DNA from: Vicugna vicugna
Lineage: Eukaryota
Length of the DNA stretch: 64,000 nt
Reading direction: 5' to 3'
NCBI GenBank assembly: GCA_013265495.1
Contig: MU058059.1
Span: forward strand, 3,263,502-3,327,501
The translations under genes were made by a program, and so were the position numbers. This document shows positions 1-12,749 of the stretch, in pieces. The notes under the pieces were generated by a model. It did not search any database and had not been told where the DNA came from. It saw only the letters and a program-made list of their open reading frames with translations. Position 1 is the first letter of the stretch; the number at the start of each line of letters is the position of its first letter.

Positions 1-68
1 GGGGAAATAAGAAAACCAGTATTTGGGAAGATAGAAACTTGAGGAAAGAGTGGCTACTGGCATGGAAT

Positions 69-288
69 AGGGTTTGGCAAACTTTCTGTCAGGGGCCGGA
101 CAGTAAGTACTTTGGGCTTTACAGGCCACGTGCCACTTCCATCACCTCTCTTCCATCTTCTCCTCTCTCCTTCCTCTCTCTTCAGTGCTTCTCCTTTATC
201 CATTTTTTAAAAAGTATATTATAAGCATATAAAAACTACTCTTAGCAGGCCAGATTTGGGCTACATACCAAATTTGCCATCTCCTAAT
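69..288. mobile_element. hAT-Charlie MITE relic (MER58-like)
   Basis: Begins agggtttggcaaactttctgtcaggggccggacagtaagtactttgggcttt and ends gccagatttgggc...tttgccatctcct. This resembles MER58 termini, recognised from memory of the consensus. Confidence 0.6.
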
Positions 289-999
289 TTAGAAAATGCA
301 AGAATATTGAAACCAAAGCCATCTCAACACAGAAACCCAGAAAAACTAGAGCCCAGCAGCTGGTGCCCAGGTACATCTGGAAGTGCCTGTTCAGTAAGAC
401 TGAAAACAAGACAATTAGATCAAACTGTTTTTGACCTTCCTGTTCCCTTCCTAACCCTTCATAGCTAGATGTTACACCTCTCCCATCCTGGCAGATGATT
501 GAAGATTTATTTCCTGACAAGTATAAACCATAGGTTGTGGACTGACTTAACCACAAGGGTAGTTGGGAATAAGGATTAAGTTGTAAGTTAATTAAGTAGA
601 ACATACTGAATGTTAAGACCTCCGTCTCCTTTCAGCAGCCAGAATGCTGACTGTAAGGCTTATGATTCTAGGCGTGAGTTGAAAGGTTCCCCCCCAGGAA
701 ACTGAATTAGCCAAGAGGGGTTCTGATGGAGTGGCCCAGCCATGCCACACTAGCACAAAGTCCATCTGTCAGCAAGTCCTACCAATACCTAAAAAACTTG
801 CAGTGAGTCTTTTAGTGCCTTATTCTTAAACGTGGACAGCCAATGATAATCTGACCCTTGAGAAAAGTCTCCAGTATGTAAGGCAGATATCAAAACAAGC
901 AAACAGAAAAGTAGGAATCTGGAGGACACAGTAGTGCCAAGAGAAACTTAAAAAGCCCAACTCACTACCTTCCCCAAAGAGATAGGAGACTTTGCTGTA

Positions 1000-2330
1000 G
1001 CCATGAAACAAGAACTGGAGGCACTAAGCAAGGAAGAGTTAACGAATTTAAAACCAAAAACAAAAGAGGCTCTTGAATATTAATAGTACGGTAGCAGAAA
1101 TGAAAAAATGGAGTATTAAGGGGTAAAGAGAAAATCAAGGAAATCTCCCAGAAATTAGGAGACAAGAAGACATTGATGGAGGAGGAGAAATGAGAAAGAA
1201 GGAAGATTAATTTGGAAGATTCAGTGTCTTAACAAGGGTTCTTAGAAGATGTAACAGTGAGAACATAGGATATACCAAACAAATAAAACCAGAAATTTCC
1301 CCAGAACCAAAGAACACAGGTCTTCAGATTGAAAGGGCAGTGGACTGCTCAGTACAATGAATGTTAAAAGATCAAGACCAAAATTCATTATCCTGGAGTT
1401 TCGGAACAATAGGAGCAAAGAATGTCCTCAAACTTACAGAGAGAAAAGGCAAGTCAGATGTAAAGGCAGAAAGTGAGAATGGCATCAGAATTATCAGAAA
1501 CAACACTAGAAACTAGAAGGTAATGGTGAGGCCTTCAAAATTGTGGGGGAAATTATTATATATCCAGTGTAAGGAGTAAGTGAGAATAGGATAAAGGTAT
1601 TTTCTGACATGTAAAACTCTTAAGAATATTTACTCTTTCTTAAGAATCTCCTGGGGTTGGTATTTCAAGAAAATGAAGGGAGTAAACCAAGAAAAAAAAT
1701 AGTGGCTGAAGAATTCGACACAGAACTGAGGAAAGGGTATTTCTGGGACTATAGGATGAAGAGAGATGCCAGGAAGACAACGGGAAACAGATCCAGAGAT
1801 CAGCCAGTCCTTTCGGGGCAAGTTAGGAGGCCTGGAGAAGGGCATCTAACCAGAAAAATGGTTGTGTATTGAATGGACGAGATCTGTGCTTGTAACAGCG
1901 TGGGGGATAAATTGAAGATGAGTGTCTAGAAAACTGAGCAAATGAAAAACCAAGATAATTAACTCTGGTGGGTAAAATAAAGTTGTGTAGGAATGGAAAT
2001 TTAGTCATATTGTACTACTTGGCTCAATACTCATATTAATCATAATACACACAAAAAATATATTGGAAAGTTGCGGTGATGGGGTGTCTGTGTCTGGGAA
2101 GAGAGGAATGAGAGTTGGTAAAAGCGCTAAATCCCCGTCTTCCATTGCAACACAGTAGACAATGCCTAAAACTGAAAACTACCGACGCAGCAAGCTGAGT
2201 ACAACATGACTGTAGTATCTGGAGACATGTGTCAGGCACAGTTCTTCACCAGCAGCCTTCAAAAGCTGGTTGATATTTTAAAGTCATAAGCATGTGTAAT
2301 TTGATAAAAAATAAGTAAACAGGAGGGGAA
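1000..2330 (+). mobile_element. Ancient L1 ORF1-like / HAL1 fragment
   Basis: A-rich degenerate ORF1-like motifs (aaatttccccagaacc, cttcagattgaaagggc, gaatggcatcagaatt, gccttcaaaatt). There is no intact ORF and the boundaries are approximate. Confidence 0.55.
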
Positions 2331-3762
2331 TTAAATATTAACAGTTGGGATCACGAGTAATTTGTTTTCTTTATTCTTTGCAGATTTTATGTATTGATAG
2401 TTTATTCTTTCATAGTCTGGAAAATTTTTTTCATTTTTTAATTTGCTGTGTATCTTTATTGTTCTTATTACTTTTCATTTGTTAGAAGTTCCTAATTTAC
2501 AACATCTTGTTTAATATTGTTTCTCTAAAAACACACAATGTATTTCCTTAGTACCAGGAAGCACCATAGTTGTGTGTTGAGAATAGAAAGGTGAAAAAAG
2601 ACTTGATGTCATATGAAGTTTATGGTTTAGGATAGGGGAGAAATGTGTTAATAAATTACAGTATAGATTCACCTACCAGAGAAAACACTAATGCCATGGA
2701 AGTGGAAACTCAAAACAAGAAGAGATGATAAGGAAACAGGATTAGAGTATGAGACACGGAATCATGGGCAGAGCCCAGGGAAATGAGCTATTGCTTAGGT
2801 ATTCACAGATCTTAGAAGACTCATTTCATTGGCCTTATGGTGGCATCATTGTAGGTAGAAGAGTGAAGGGCCAGTTTATCAAGTCACGGCTCAAGGGTAA
2901 CATCTTTTCAGGAGCTTGACTGTAGAGGAAAGAGATTTAGCTGGAAGAGGGGAATGTAGGTTTGAACAATTTCTGTTTTTTAATCTTGTGTTTTATTTCT
3001 TTATTGCCATTATTGTTTTAAAGTGAAAGAGACGTGAACTGGAAAGATTGGTTTCTAAAAAGGAGCCAATCAAAAAAGGTTAGAAGTATAGAAAGGAAGA
3101 GGAATAAGAAGCAACGAACAAAAGAAGTGATGACTAATCAGGCAGATCTTGGTTTTGTGGCGTTCAAAGCTTACATAGTTGGGGATGGGGTTTCTTTAAG
3201 AAATGAATAAAAAAAATTAGATTTAGGGCCATGTAAGGGAACCATAAAAATGAGGGGCCTTGACGTTTAAGCTTCATTAGTTTTTCCTAAACGCATGTCA
3301 GTTAATGATAGTTCAAGTTCCTGGGAGATGCGGAAAAGAAGATGATTAAGAGTGTTGGTAGTGATAGGAGCCTTCATCAGAGGGGAGATACTTCTGAGAC
3401 TTGCTCTAGCCTGTACCTTCCGAGAGGCAGGGATCCTGTTACTCTTGGTCGTATATTTATCTGCAGAACTTGGAGCAGAGATTGTTAACAGATACTCAGT
3501 AAGCATTCGTCAAATGTGTGATGAAAGAGGAAGAAAAATGATGAGACTCAGTGCTAAAGTAAATTTCAGCTTGAATTTTAAGGAGCACACTTCTTTGTAG
3601 TAGGTACGATCATCAGAAGAGGGTTGGCAGTCAAATTGGAACTTGAGAGTAATCACGATTTAGAGGAGACACTGAGAAACGGAGGCGGAGTAGATGAGGA
3701 GGAAGGATATTACGAGTTCATCAAGAAAATGGCTGAAATGGTGCTGTCTGCAAAGGGACTAA

Positions 3763-3969
<207 letters not shown>

Positions 3970-4684
3970 TGACATGGTATTTAGTGAAGTACTTGTACTT
4001 TATAATAACCAAAATGTTTGAGTATGTTACACAGTGCTATCTCGCTATTAAGAGTGGTAAATTTGTTAACCTAAATTTAGGCATTTGCCACAAGTCCTCT
4101 GTGTAAATGTACTTTCCCTGTTAGTAGCTACCAACACTAGCTATACCACTTCTGACATCTTTTAATTCTTTTATAAACTAGAGAGCTAGTAACCAAACCC
4201 TTCCTGTCTTCCTGGCATTAATGAGCCATTTTTACATTTTTATTTTTGTGATTTAGGTGGTTGAACTGTGGTTACTGTTGCAAAATAGGTGCGTAATTTT
4301 ATAAATACAGTTTTAAAAAGGAAAGGTCCAAAAGAATATTTCAGAAAACTTTTGGCATACTCTCAAAGAGTTTTTTTAAAAAGCATAAATCATTAAAAAT
4401 AAAAGAGAAAATTTTTCCTGTATTGAAGAAAGGTCTTTAGTGTACAGACTGGAAGGGTTCATCATGTTTCAGGGAAAAATCAATGGAAAAGAATTTAGAA
4501 AGTCTCATGTCCTCACAAAATCTTAAACAATTCCTATAAACAGTTACATAATACTGCTATTGTATTGTTATATGTAAGGAAATAGAAATCAAACCACACG
4601 CATTTAATCCCAGTCATTGCCAGAAGGCAGTGGAACAACATCTGTACTTTTAAAAGAGAAAGATCTGTCGTTCACTCTCTTTCC

Positions 4685-5806
4685 TTTTGAGGCGTATGAC
4701 ATAATATGAAACTTGTACTAGTTTCACGTGTACAACATAGTAATTTGGTATTTATATACACTGCAAAATGGTCACTACATGAAGTCTAGTTGATAACTCA
4801 CCATACATAGTTACAAAGTTTTTTTTCTTTCCTTGTGTTGAGGACTTAAGGTCTATTCTCTTAGCAACTTTTAAATATGTGATACAGTATTAATTACAAT
4901 CGCCATTTACAGCACATCCTCCTGACTGACTGACTTTACACCTGCAAGTTTGTACCTTGTGACCCCTGTCACCTATTTCACCCAGCCCTCATCTCTAACG
5001 ACCGCCAGTCTGTTGTCTCTATCAGTGAGCTTGGTTTTTGTTTGTTTGCTTTTTAGATTACACATATAAGCGACATCATATGGTATTTGTCTTTACCTGT
5101 CTTATTTAACTCGACATAATGTCCTCAAGGTCCGTACATGTCCCAAATGGCAAGATTTTGTTCTTTTTAATGGCTGAATAATATTCCATTGTGTATGTAA
5201 CACATCTTCTTTATCCTTTAATCCATGGGTGGACTTAGGTTGTTTCCTAAGTTGTATGTGAGACTCAGTGAACAAGGGACTGCATATATCTTCAAATTAG
5301 TGTTCTCATTTTCCTTGGACGAATAAACAGAGGTAGAGTTGCTGGATCACTTTTTTAAATTTTTTAAGGACCGTCCATACTGTTTTTTATAGTGATTGCG
5401 CCAATTTACATTCCCACCAACAATGCACAAGAGTTCCTTTTTCTCTACATCCTCAAGCTAACACTTGTAATTTCTTGTCTATTTTGATAATAGTCATTCT
5501 GACAGGTATGAGGTGATACCTCATTGTGGTTTTGATTTGCATTTCCTTGATGATGAATGATGTTGAACATCTTTTCATGTGTCTGTTGGCCATCTATATG
5601 TCTTCTTTGGAAAAATGTTTTTTCAGATCCTCTGTCCATTTTTAAAATTGGATTTTTTATTTGTTTGCTGTTGACTTGTATGAGTCTTTTTTTAAAATAT
5701 ATTTTGGATATTAACCCTTTATCAGATGCATGATTTGCAAAGATTTTCTCCTATTCAGTAGATTGCCTTTTTCTTTTGTTGATGATTTTCCTTGCTGTGC
5801 AGAAGT
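4685..5806 (-). mobile_element. L1 3' fragment (ORF2 end and 3' UTR)
   Basis: Antisense L1 3' motifs are present: ccaatttacattcccaccaacaatgcacaagagttcc, ctcattgtggttttgatttgcatttcc and ggctgaataatattccattgtg. Confidence 0.9.
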
Positions 5807-5809
5807 TAA

Positions 5810-7640
5810 AATCCCAGTATTTTATTATGAAAATGTTCAAACATATAGCAAAGTTCAAAGAATTATACAGTGAACACCCTGTATCCACAATGTTTTGTGA
5901 TTGTTAACTATTTGCTGTATTTCCTTTATTATGTTATCACTTATCTACCACCTACCCATCAGTCCATCTTATTTTTTGATGTTTCAGAATAAGTTGCACA
6001 CACCTTTAAATAAGTCGGGTCAGCTTGCATTTCATTATGACTGGAGTTCAAATTTGTATATAGTTTTTTAGGTAATATTTGTATTTGTGAAACTAGTAAT
6101 TATTTAATAATACTTTCAGTGAGTTTTGAGAAATGCATAGACCTGTGTAATCCAGCCTTATCAAGATATAGAATATCTCCGTTACTCCAGAAAGTTCCTT
6201 ATACCCCTTCCTAGTCCATTCCCACCCCTACCTGATGACTTACACCCTCCACGGTAAAGATGATTAGGCAGGAATCACTAATGACTGATAGATCTAGGGG
6301 GAGTTTTTTGATAAGATCAAGTATTTACGTGGGCTTTTCATATTGCAAAAGAGGAGAGGGGAAAAAAACAATGATTCTGTAGTACAGAAATCCAGCAGCA
6401 CCTGAACTGAGTGATCGTAACTAATATCATCCAGGGAGGGACAAACGCATGTCCTGTGACTTTAGATGTGCTGCCTTGAGAAGGATAAACATCCCTTGTA
6501 GCATTCTGGCTGAGGATGCATAACCATGAGGAATGTTCTGTTTCTTTTTAAAAGCCAACGTCATTGAAGATTAAGAAGTGTCAGTGTTATGAAAACCAGT
6601 ACAGGCAATAGTAATGTCCCACGCTGTCCAAAGAGAAAACAGGGCAATGCCTGCTCCTGTCTGGGCCCCTGTCCTGGGGAGGGAGCATGGCTGTAAGGGA
6701 CGTTATTAGACCATTTAGCAAGGAGTACGGTAGTAGATTGGCATTGTACCAGCTTACATTTATGAAGTTGACGACTGTACTGTGGGGACAAGAGAACATC
6801 CTTAGGTCTCAGGAAGTACTTAACTCCCTACGTATCCCTGAAGTGTGTCGGGTTAGTGAGCCATGGTGTCTGTAATACCCTCATATAGTTCAGGGAAAAA
6901 ATGTGTCTGCACATGTGTGTGTAGAAAGAGAAAGTAAATTGTAAAGCAAGAGAGTAAAACATTAACAGTAGACAGATCTGGGTAAAGGATATTTAGTGTT
7001 TAGTGTTTGTTTTTCTAACTTTTTGTGAGTTTGAAATTATTGCCAGATAAAATTAAAATACATACAAATACATAAAAATTTTTTGTTTATTCACTGAAAA
7101 GATCTGAAAGAGTGAGTCATACAGTGGCAGTAATCATTCCTAGTACCCAGATTATAATCCTGAAGTATTTTCTCCTAAAGGAAAACCAGAGCTTCTTGGG
7201 AAAAATGGATGATGCTAAGTCTGGGGCAGGAAATCTGTAAGATGAACTCAGAACATCTTGTCATTGCAGATTTCAGGTCTTGTCAGAAGGCCGTAGGAGG
7301 CAACTTGGAACCCTTCCCCAACTGGCCAAAGATAGATAGTTTGAGCTTCAATAAGGTGTTAACTGCAAAGATTTGAAACTCAGAAAATATGTTTAAATCC
7401 ATAAGTAATGATAAATTTTTTAATATAAATTTTTAAATTAATTCATTATCATCAGAGAAACACTGTTATCTCAAAATTAGGCAAAAAGGAGGGAAAAATC
7501 AGTCATGTATCTTGCCGCTCTTATATGAACTCTATCACTGTGGGCGAGGAGAAGTGTTTTTTAGAAAATCCAGAAAATAATGAAAAGATTGGCCATTTTG
7601 CAAACCCCAGTTAGTTAATATATCAGAGCACTGAGAATCA
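5810..7640. mobile_element. Cluster of old L1M (MB/MC/ME-type) 3' fragments, mixed orientation
   Basis: Contains degenerate L1M 3' UTR motifs (atcaagatatagaatatctccgttactccagaaagttcc; gtttgaaattatt...aaaattaaaa). Subfamily and boundaries are uncertain. Confidence 0.55.
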
Positions 7641-7699
7641 GCAGGTAGAGCTGGACACGATCATGTGATGGTGTTTCTGTACACAGAAATACATAAGGC

Positions 7700-8470
7700 T
7701 CAACAGATCTTCTCTTGCTTCCGTGCTGTTTATTTAATCCCCGTGCCCTTCCTTCACAGCTAAGCTTCTTAGAGTGCATTGTGGTGCCCTTAGAGAACCT
7801 TTCGTCCAGTCCGTGTTTACCGACATCACACTTGACCTTCTAACAGCGAGATCCTTCTGCTCTCTCTTCAGTCTCTCTGTAGGATTTGACAGTGTTGACT
7901 GTGTTCTTCCTAAAATTGTCCTGTCTGGATTTCAGAGCTGTAATTCTGGCTTTTATCCAGCTTCTCAGACTGTTCCTTCTCAGTTTCCTTCTAGAACCTC
8001 TCTTTCTTCCTCATTCTCGTTGCATACACCCGTGTGCTGATTTTTCCAAAGCTTTTACTTTCTGGACCCTCTTCTCATACCACATAATCTCCCAAACAAA
8101 GTTCATCCAGACTTACAGTTTTAAGTACCATCTGTATGGTGACATCTTTTACTTATCTCTTTAATTCCATACCTTTCACTTATGCTTCATGCATATATAT
8201 TTAGCTGCCCTGTGGATACTACTGCCACTTAGAATTCCCACAGAAATCAGTGTGCCTGAATGCAACTTCTTTCTTCCCATTTACACTCTTCTTGTTTTTC
8301 CTGTCTCGATTTCATGACAGCATCACTCAGCTCTGCATGTCTCATGAGCTTGGTAGTCATCCTAAATCCCTCTTCCTTCTTTTCCTTCAGCTCAGTTATT
8401 CAACAGCTATTTTTGTGCACACATCGTGTGTTAGGCATTGTTTAAGCACTGAGGATATAGCTGATTAAGA
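7700..8470. mobile_element. L2 LINE relics
   Basis: Pyrimidine-rich degenerate L2-like sequence (tttgacagtgttgact...cttcctaaaa; cagttattcaacagctattttt...ttaggcattg). Confidence 0.5.
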
Positions 8471-9794
8471 AAATGGAGATACTAACATAATTATCCCTGT
8501 CACTTCCTATTTTCAAAATATTTGTGAATCCATCTACCAGTTACAAGCTGAAAGTCATTTGAACATCTCTGTGCTGGGTGAAATCAGGATTATGATAGCG
8601 GAATTCCTGTTGGCTTCCATAGAAAGTAAGAAAATAAGATTCGAAAAGTAGAAAACTTCTAGATAGCATGTTAATTCTCCCATGTATTATGGCTGTGAAT
8701 TCTAATCCTGGTCTCTTGAGAAGACAGTAGCTGTGAAAAGCAGCTCTGGTTTAAAAGCTTCCTGTTAGGAAGAAGTGCTGCAGCAGCTTCCCTGTGAAGA
8801 ATTTGGGTGTCTTATGTGAGCTTCAGTGTTTCATTACAGTGAGACACGTCTTCTGCGAGCTTTTTTGATTTTCACTGATATTGATTGTTTAATGTGTTCA
8901 TCAGCTATGTGTTGATTTTTCAGCATATTCATTTTCCACATGGTGAATGTGCCTGAATTATTGTTTGATCAAAGTCCCTCAAGGAATGATGCAAAAATCA
9001 TCAGTAAAAATCGTCCGTAAGTATCATACAGAGATTTTGGAGTTACTGAAAAAGACTGATGAAAATACCCAAATATTTTGCTTAATTTACATGAGGTCCT
9101 TGTTACACTTAACTTCACCTAATCTAAATTCAGAATGTGTTAATACTCAATCGACTATGAATTTTACTGCCCATAAGATGTTTGTACAGATAAAGCCAAA
9201 TGATAGGATTGTTACTCATCTTGTATGTTGTGTCATCCATGTGACAGATACACTTTAAGTGTTAACAGAGTTAGAGAATGTAACTATGGATTTCAGAACT
9301 TCATAAATTTGGAGTAGATTAGAAAGGTGTTAATTATTTATGTACCATTTTAAAATATGGTTTATTCCATTAGGCATTGTGCCTTATAAGAGGGCTACTG
9401 AGAGCAGCCATTCTGCAGACTGTTACTGGCTCTCACAATAAGGAGCTTGTGCCAGAATGTACACCAGTGCACCGCTTCCGTCATCAAAAAGGGAAAATGC
9501 TGTGAGAAAAACGTCAGCTTATCTTACAGTGTGCTGGTGGCATAACTGATTTCCATTTCTGGTACAAGCCTCCTGTTTCATCAAGGGTTAGTAGTAAACA
9601 GTTTACAGACTGGCCTAAGTTCATGGACCACGCTGAGTAGCAGTTTTATGTCATGCATATATCAGACATTAAGATATTGTTGCAGGAATAATGTCCTGTT
9701 CAGTATAGCATTTGTATACAAGTGTGTGGCCCTTTCAAATTTGCATAGTTCTTCTAGTCTTTTTCCCCCTCTAACTTCTACCCTTATCCCACAG

Positions 9795-9930
9795 TCGTAT
9801 TCCACATTAGCCTCTTCACAGAAATTCTGTCTAACAAGAGCATTTGCTGCAAATAATTGCTTCTTGCCTACCCTGCTGGAAACACAGTCATATTTGGAGA
9901 GCCAGATAATGCTCAGAAAACATGATTATG
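9795..9930 (+). other. Candidate ANKRD12 poison (PTC-containing) cassette exon, 136 nt
   Basis: Branch-like CTAAC at 9771-9775, a pyrimidine tract, CAG ending at 9794, and donor ATG|GTAACG at 9930/9931. There is an in-frame TAA at 9854-9856 when it is spliced to the 3787-3934 exon. Confidence 0.5.
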
Positions 9931-12087
9931 GTAACGGAGAAGTGGGTGACTCTGTGTCACATAGTGCCCCCCCCCAGTGCTTTCTGACACTCATTAATTA
10001 CCAAAGTAGATAATCTGCTACAAGTTTGTAGACCCTGGTTTTATTACTTAAGCAGAGTGTCCAGTAGACAAAGTTGAAAATGCCAGTCATTGTTAAAAGA
10101 ACTTTTCACCTTGTTGTTACCTTTCTTTGACTGCCAGCAGTCTGGCCATGTTTATTAAACAGCTGCTATAAACTTTCCTCACTTGCATACTTCAGCTTAA
10201 GCAACGACATTCTCCATCATAATAAATAGATCAGCTACCTTTAGAGTCTACTGTAAAGCAGATTAGGAGCTTTCAAAAAGACAGTGATATATTGTTACCC
10301 TCTGGTGTGTGCTGAGTGCATTTCTGTGTCATAAAATACACAAAATGACCAGTATTTTGAAGTTTTATTTTCTTAATGTTAAAATAGTAAATTGTAACTA
10401 TTCTAAATATATTCTCATATTTGTTAAACTTATTTCCTCGGATTATATTTCAGGAGCTATGAAAATACTACCGTTGACACATGCATATATGAAATTATAA
10501 CAGTGAATAAATCAAGAGATCCAAAAAACAGTTATTTAAGTCCAAATACACCAGAAATTTTTATTAAATGAATTATGTGATGCTAACAGTTGAATTATAG
10601 GTAGGAAGCAGCATCACCTTAGGAAGCTTTAGAGCAAGCCTTTTAACCTCAGAAGCATAGACTACAGGTAGACGGTACATGGGGCTTTTTTTAAAGTGTC
10701 CAAATATTTATCAACATGTTTGATCATTAGGAATTTAGATTTGATAGAACATTTTATACAGGGCAAAGGAGTTTGCATATTAGTATACCTAAAATAAAGA
10801 TGATTTCTCCATTTAACACATAAAGAGTATTTTATTTTCTTGCTTTCCAAATGGCATTTTAAATTCACTTCTAGCATATGCATTCGATAACAGCTTAGGC
10901 CTCGCATGGAAAATTGTGATTCATTTATAAGCGAAGAGCCTTGGCCGGGCTGGCAGCAGCTTCTGTGGCTGAAGCTGCTTCTGAAGCTGTTGAGCAGCAG
11001 CAAGCACTGTGTTTGCTGTTCAGCGCCCTTTGTCACGTGTCCCTAGGGTACAGGTGCTTAGAAGGAATGAAAGGCACCTGGGTGTCCACAGTGTGCAGGG
11101 GGCTGAGCACACAGCATGATAGGCAATAAATAGGCAAAAAATGGAGAAGTTCTTTTACTTAATGACCAGTTAAAAATAGTTTCATCATAGTGTTTTGCAT
11201 ACTTGGCCTTTTCTCCTGTGCTTTGTAACATACGTATATGGGACACTTCACACACACAGTTCTGTTACTAAGTTTTCAAACTTTTTTCTAAATATCATCA
11301 GCTACTTCTACCTGAATCTTAAACAAAACCTCTACAGTTTTTCTATTTAAAAATCAATACTTCTAAATCAATACAGATTTTATTTTGTGTTTTATTTGGA
11401 TTAATTATTATCAACCTAATTCTAAAGTTTAAGAATTTTTAATTGCATATCAAATGCTTTTTTTAAGAAAAATATATATGCAAATTTTGTTAAGTGGAGA
11501 AAAGGAAAGAAATTGTGAATACTTAAATTACCATATACTGTGTATGTTCACTCTTTAGCAGTGTCTATAAAAATAACATAATTCTGTATCTTTTCCTTGC
11601 TTATATATCAGAAAAATCAATGGGAAATTGTGACTGTAGCTGAGATGTTCTATGGATATCTGCAAATGAATATGTCTTTCAATTTTTACACTACAAAAAA
11701 ATAATAGTCTGCTAAATATCTTTGAAGTTCTTGCAAATACAGTAGCCAAGAAATTTTAAATGTATTTGCCCCAAATATGTAAAACTGTTTATTGCAAATA
11801 GAAACACTAATAGATTTTTTGTTAAAAATATGTTAGCTTGATGGTTTTCCTTAAAAATTGAATTTCTACTAGTTCCTATTCTAACAACTTAAAGTGAGTC
11901 TGTCACGAGATACTGATGATATTTAAGAGTAAAATTCTATAAAGGGTACATTTGGGCAGAACCCTGAAAAAAGATCTTTGACTTTAAAATATTATATATG
12001 CATTTATTTAAATGAGTTCAGCCTTAGCTATGTCATCCTATCCACAGAAAAATATTTTACCTAATCATGGCTTAAAGGACCTTCATG

Positions 12088-12137
12088 TAAATATATATAT
12101 AGAGAGAGAGGGAGTGAGAAAGAGAGAGAGAGAGAGA
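12088..12137. repeat. (AT)n(AG)n microsatellite
   Basis: atatatatat agagagagag ... agagagagagagagag. Confidence 0.85.
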
Positions 12138-12749
12138 TGTAACAGCTGAGACTGGGTGATTTTTATCAGTTTCCTTTAGTGACATCAAAATTTTTGTAGT
12201 GATGCCAGTCATTTTCAGAGAGAGTAATATCTTGATTAACTTATACTTGATAGAATCTTTTTCTGTGTTACTGACATTCTGGTGGAAAGGCAATGTATAA
12301 CTAATTGACGGAGTATGAGAAGTGGTGTGGCCCTTGATTTTACTTCTTATGTGAATTTTGCTTTTAGACCTTGTGTTTTCAAGTATTGATTATATCCTTT
12401 TTCCTCCCCAGCTCACCACTAAATTCTTCACTGTAACTCCCCCGTCAGTATCTGTTACTTTAGAAACACACCGAACATGTGTTCTCATGTGGCACACTTA
12501 CTTCCAAGGGAATGCACGACTGCTTTTCTCCTATGTAGTAGAACTAAGACACCTGACCTTTACTTAGGAAATCTGAGGTTTAGAAATGGAGATTTAGAAG
12601 AGATTGTATAAAATCACCTGATACTTCTCAGTTAATTTAGGGATATGGAAGCTGTAAAGATTTGTTTCCTAAAATTCAGGGTCTTTTTCTACTGTTACTT
12701 CTTTCACTGGGTAACGTAAATAAGTTATATCTGTATCGTTAATTGTTAG

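Larger units (their letters stand above)
8570..12570 (+). other. Putative large structured intronic RNA region (multiple nested hairpin domains)
   Basis: Many hand-identified nested stems with G-U pairs, for example 8801-8810/9065-9074, 9412-9424/9597-9609, 9441-9459/9554-9574, 10011-10019/10257-10265 and 12314-12325/12340-12351. No repeat family was recognised. Confidence 0.65.
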
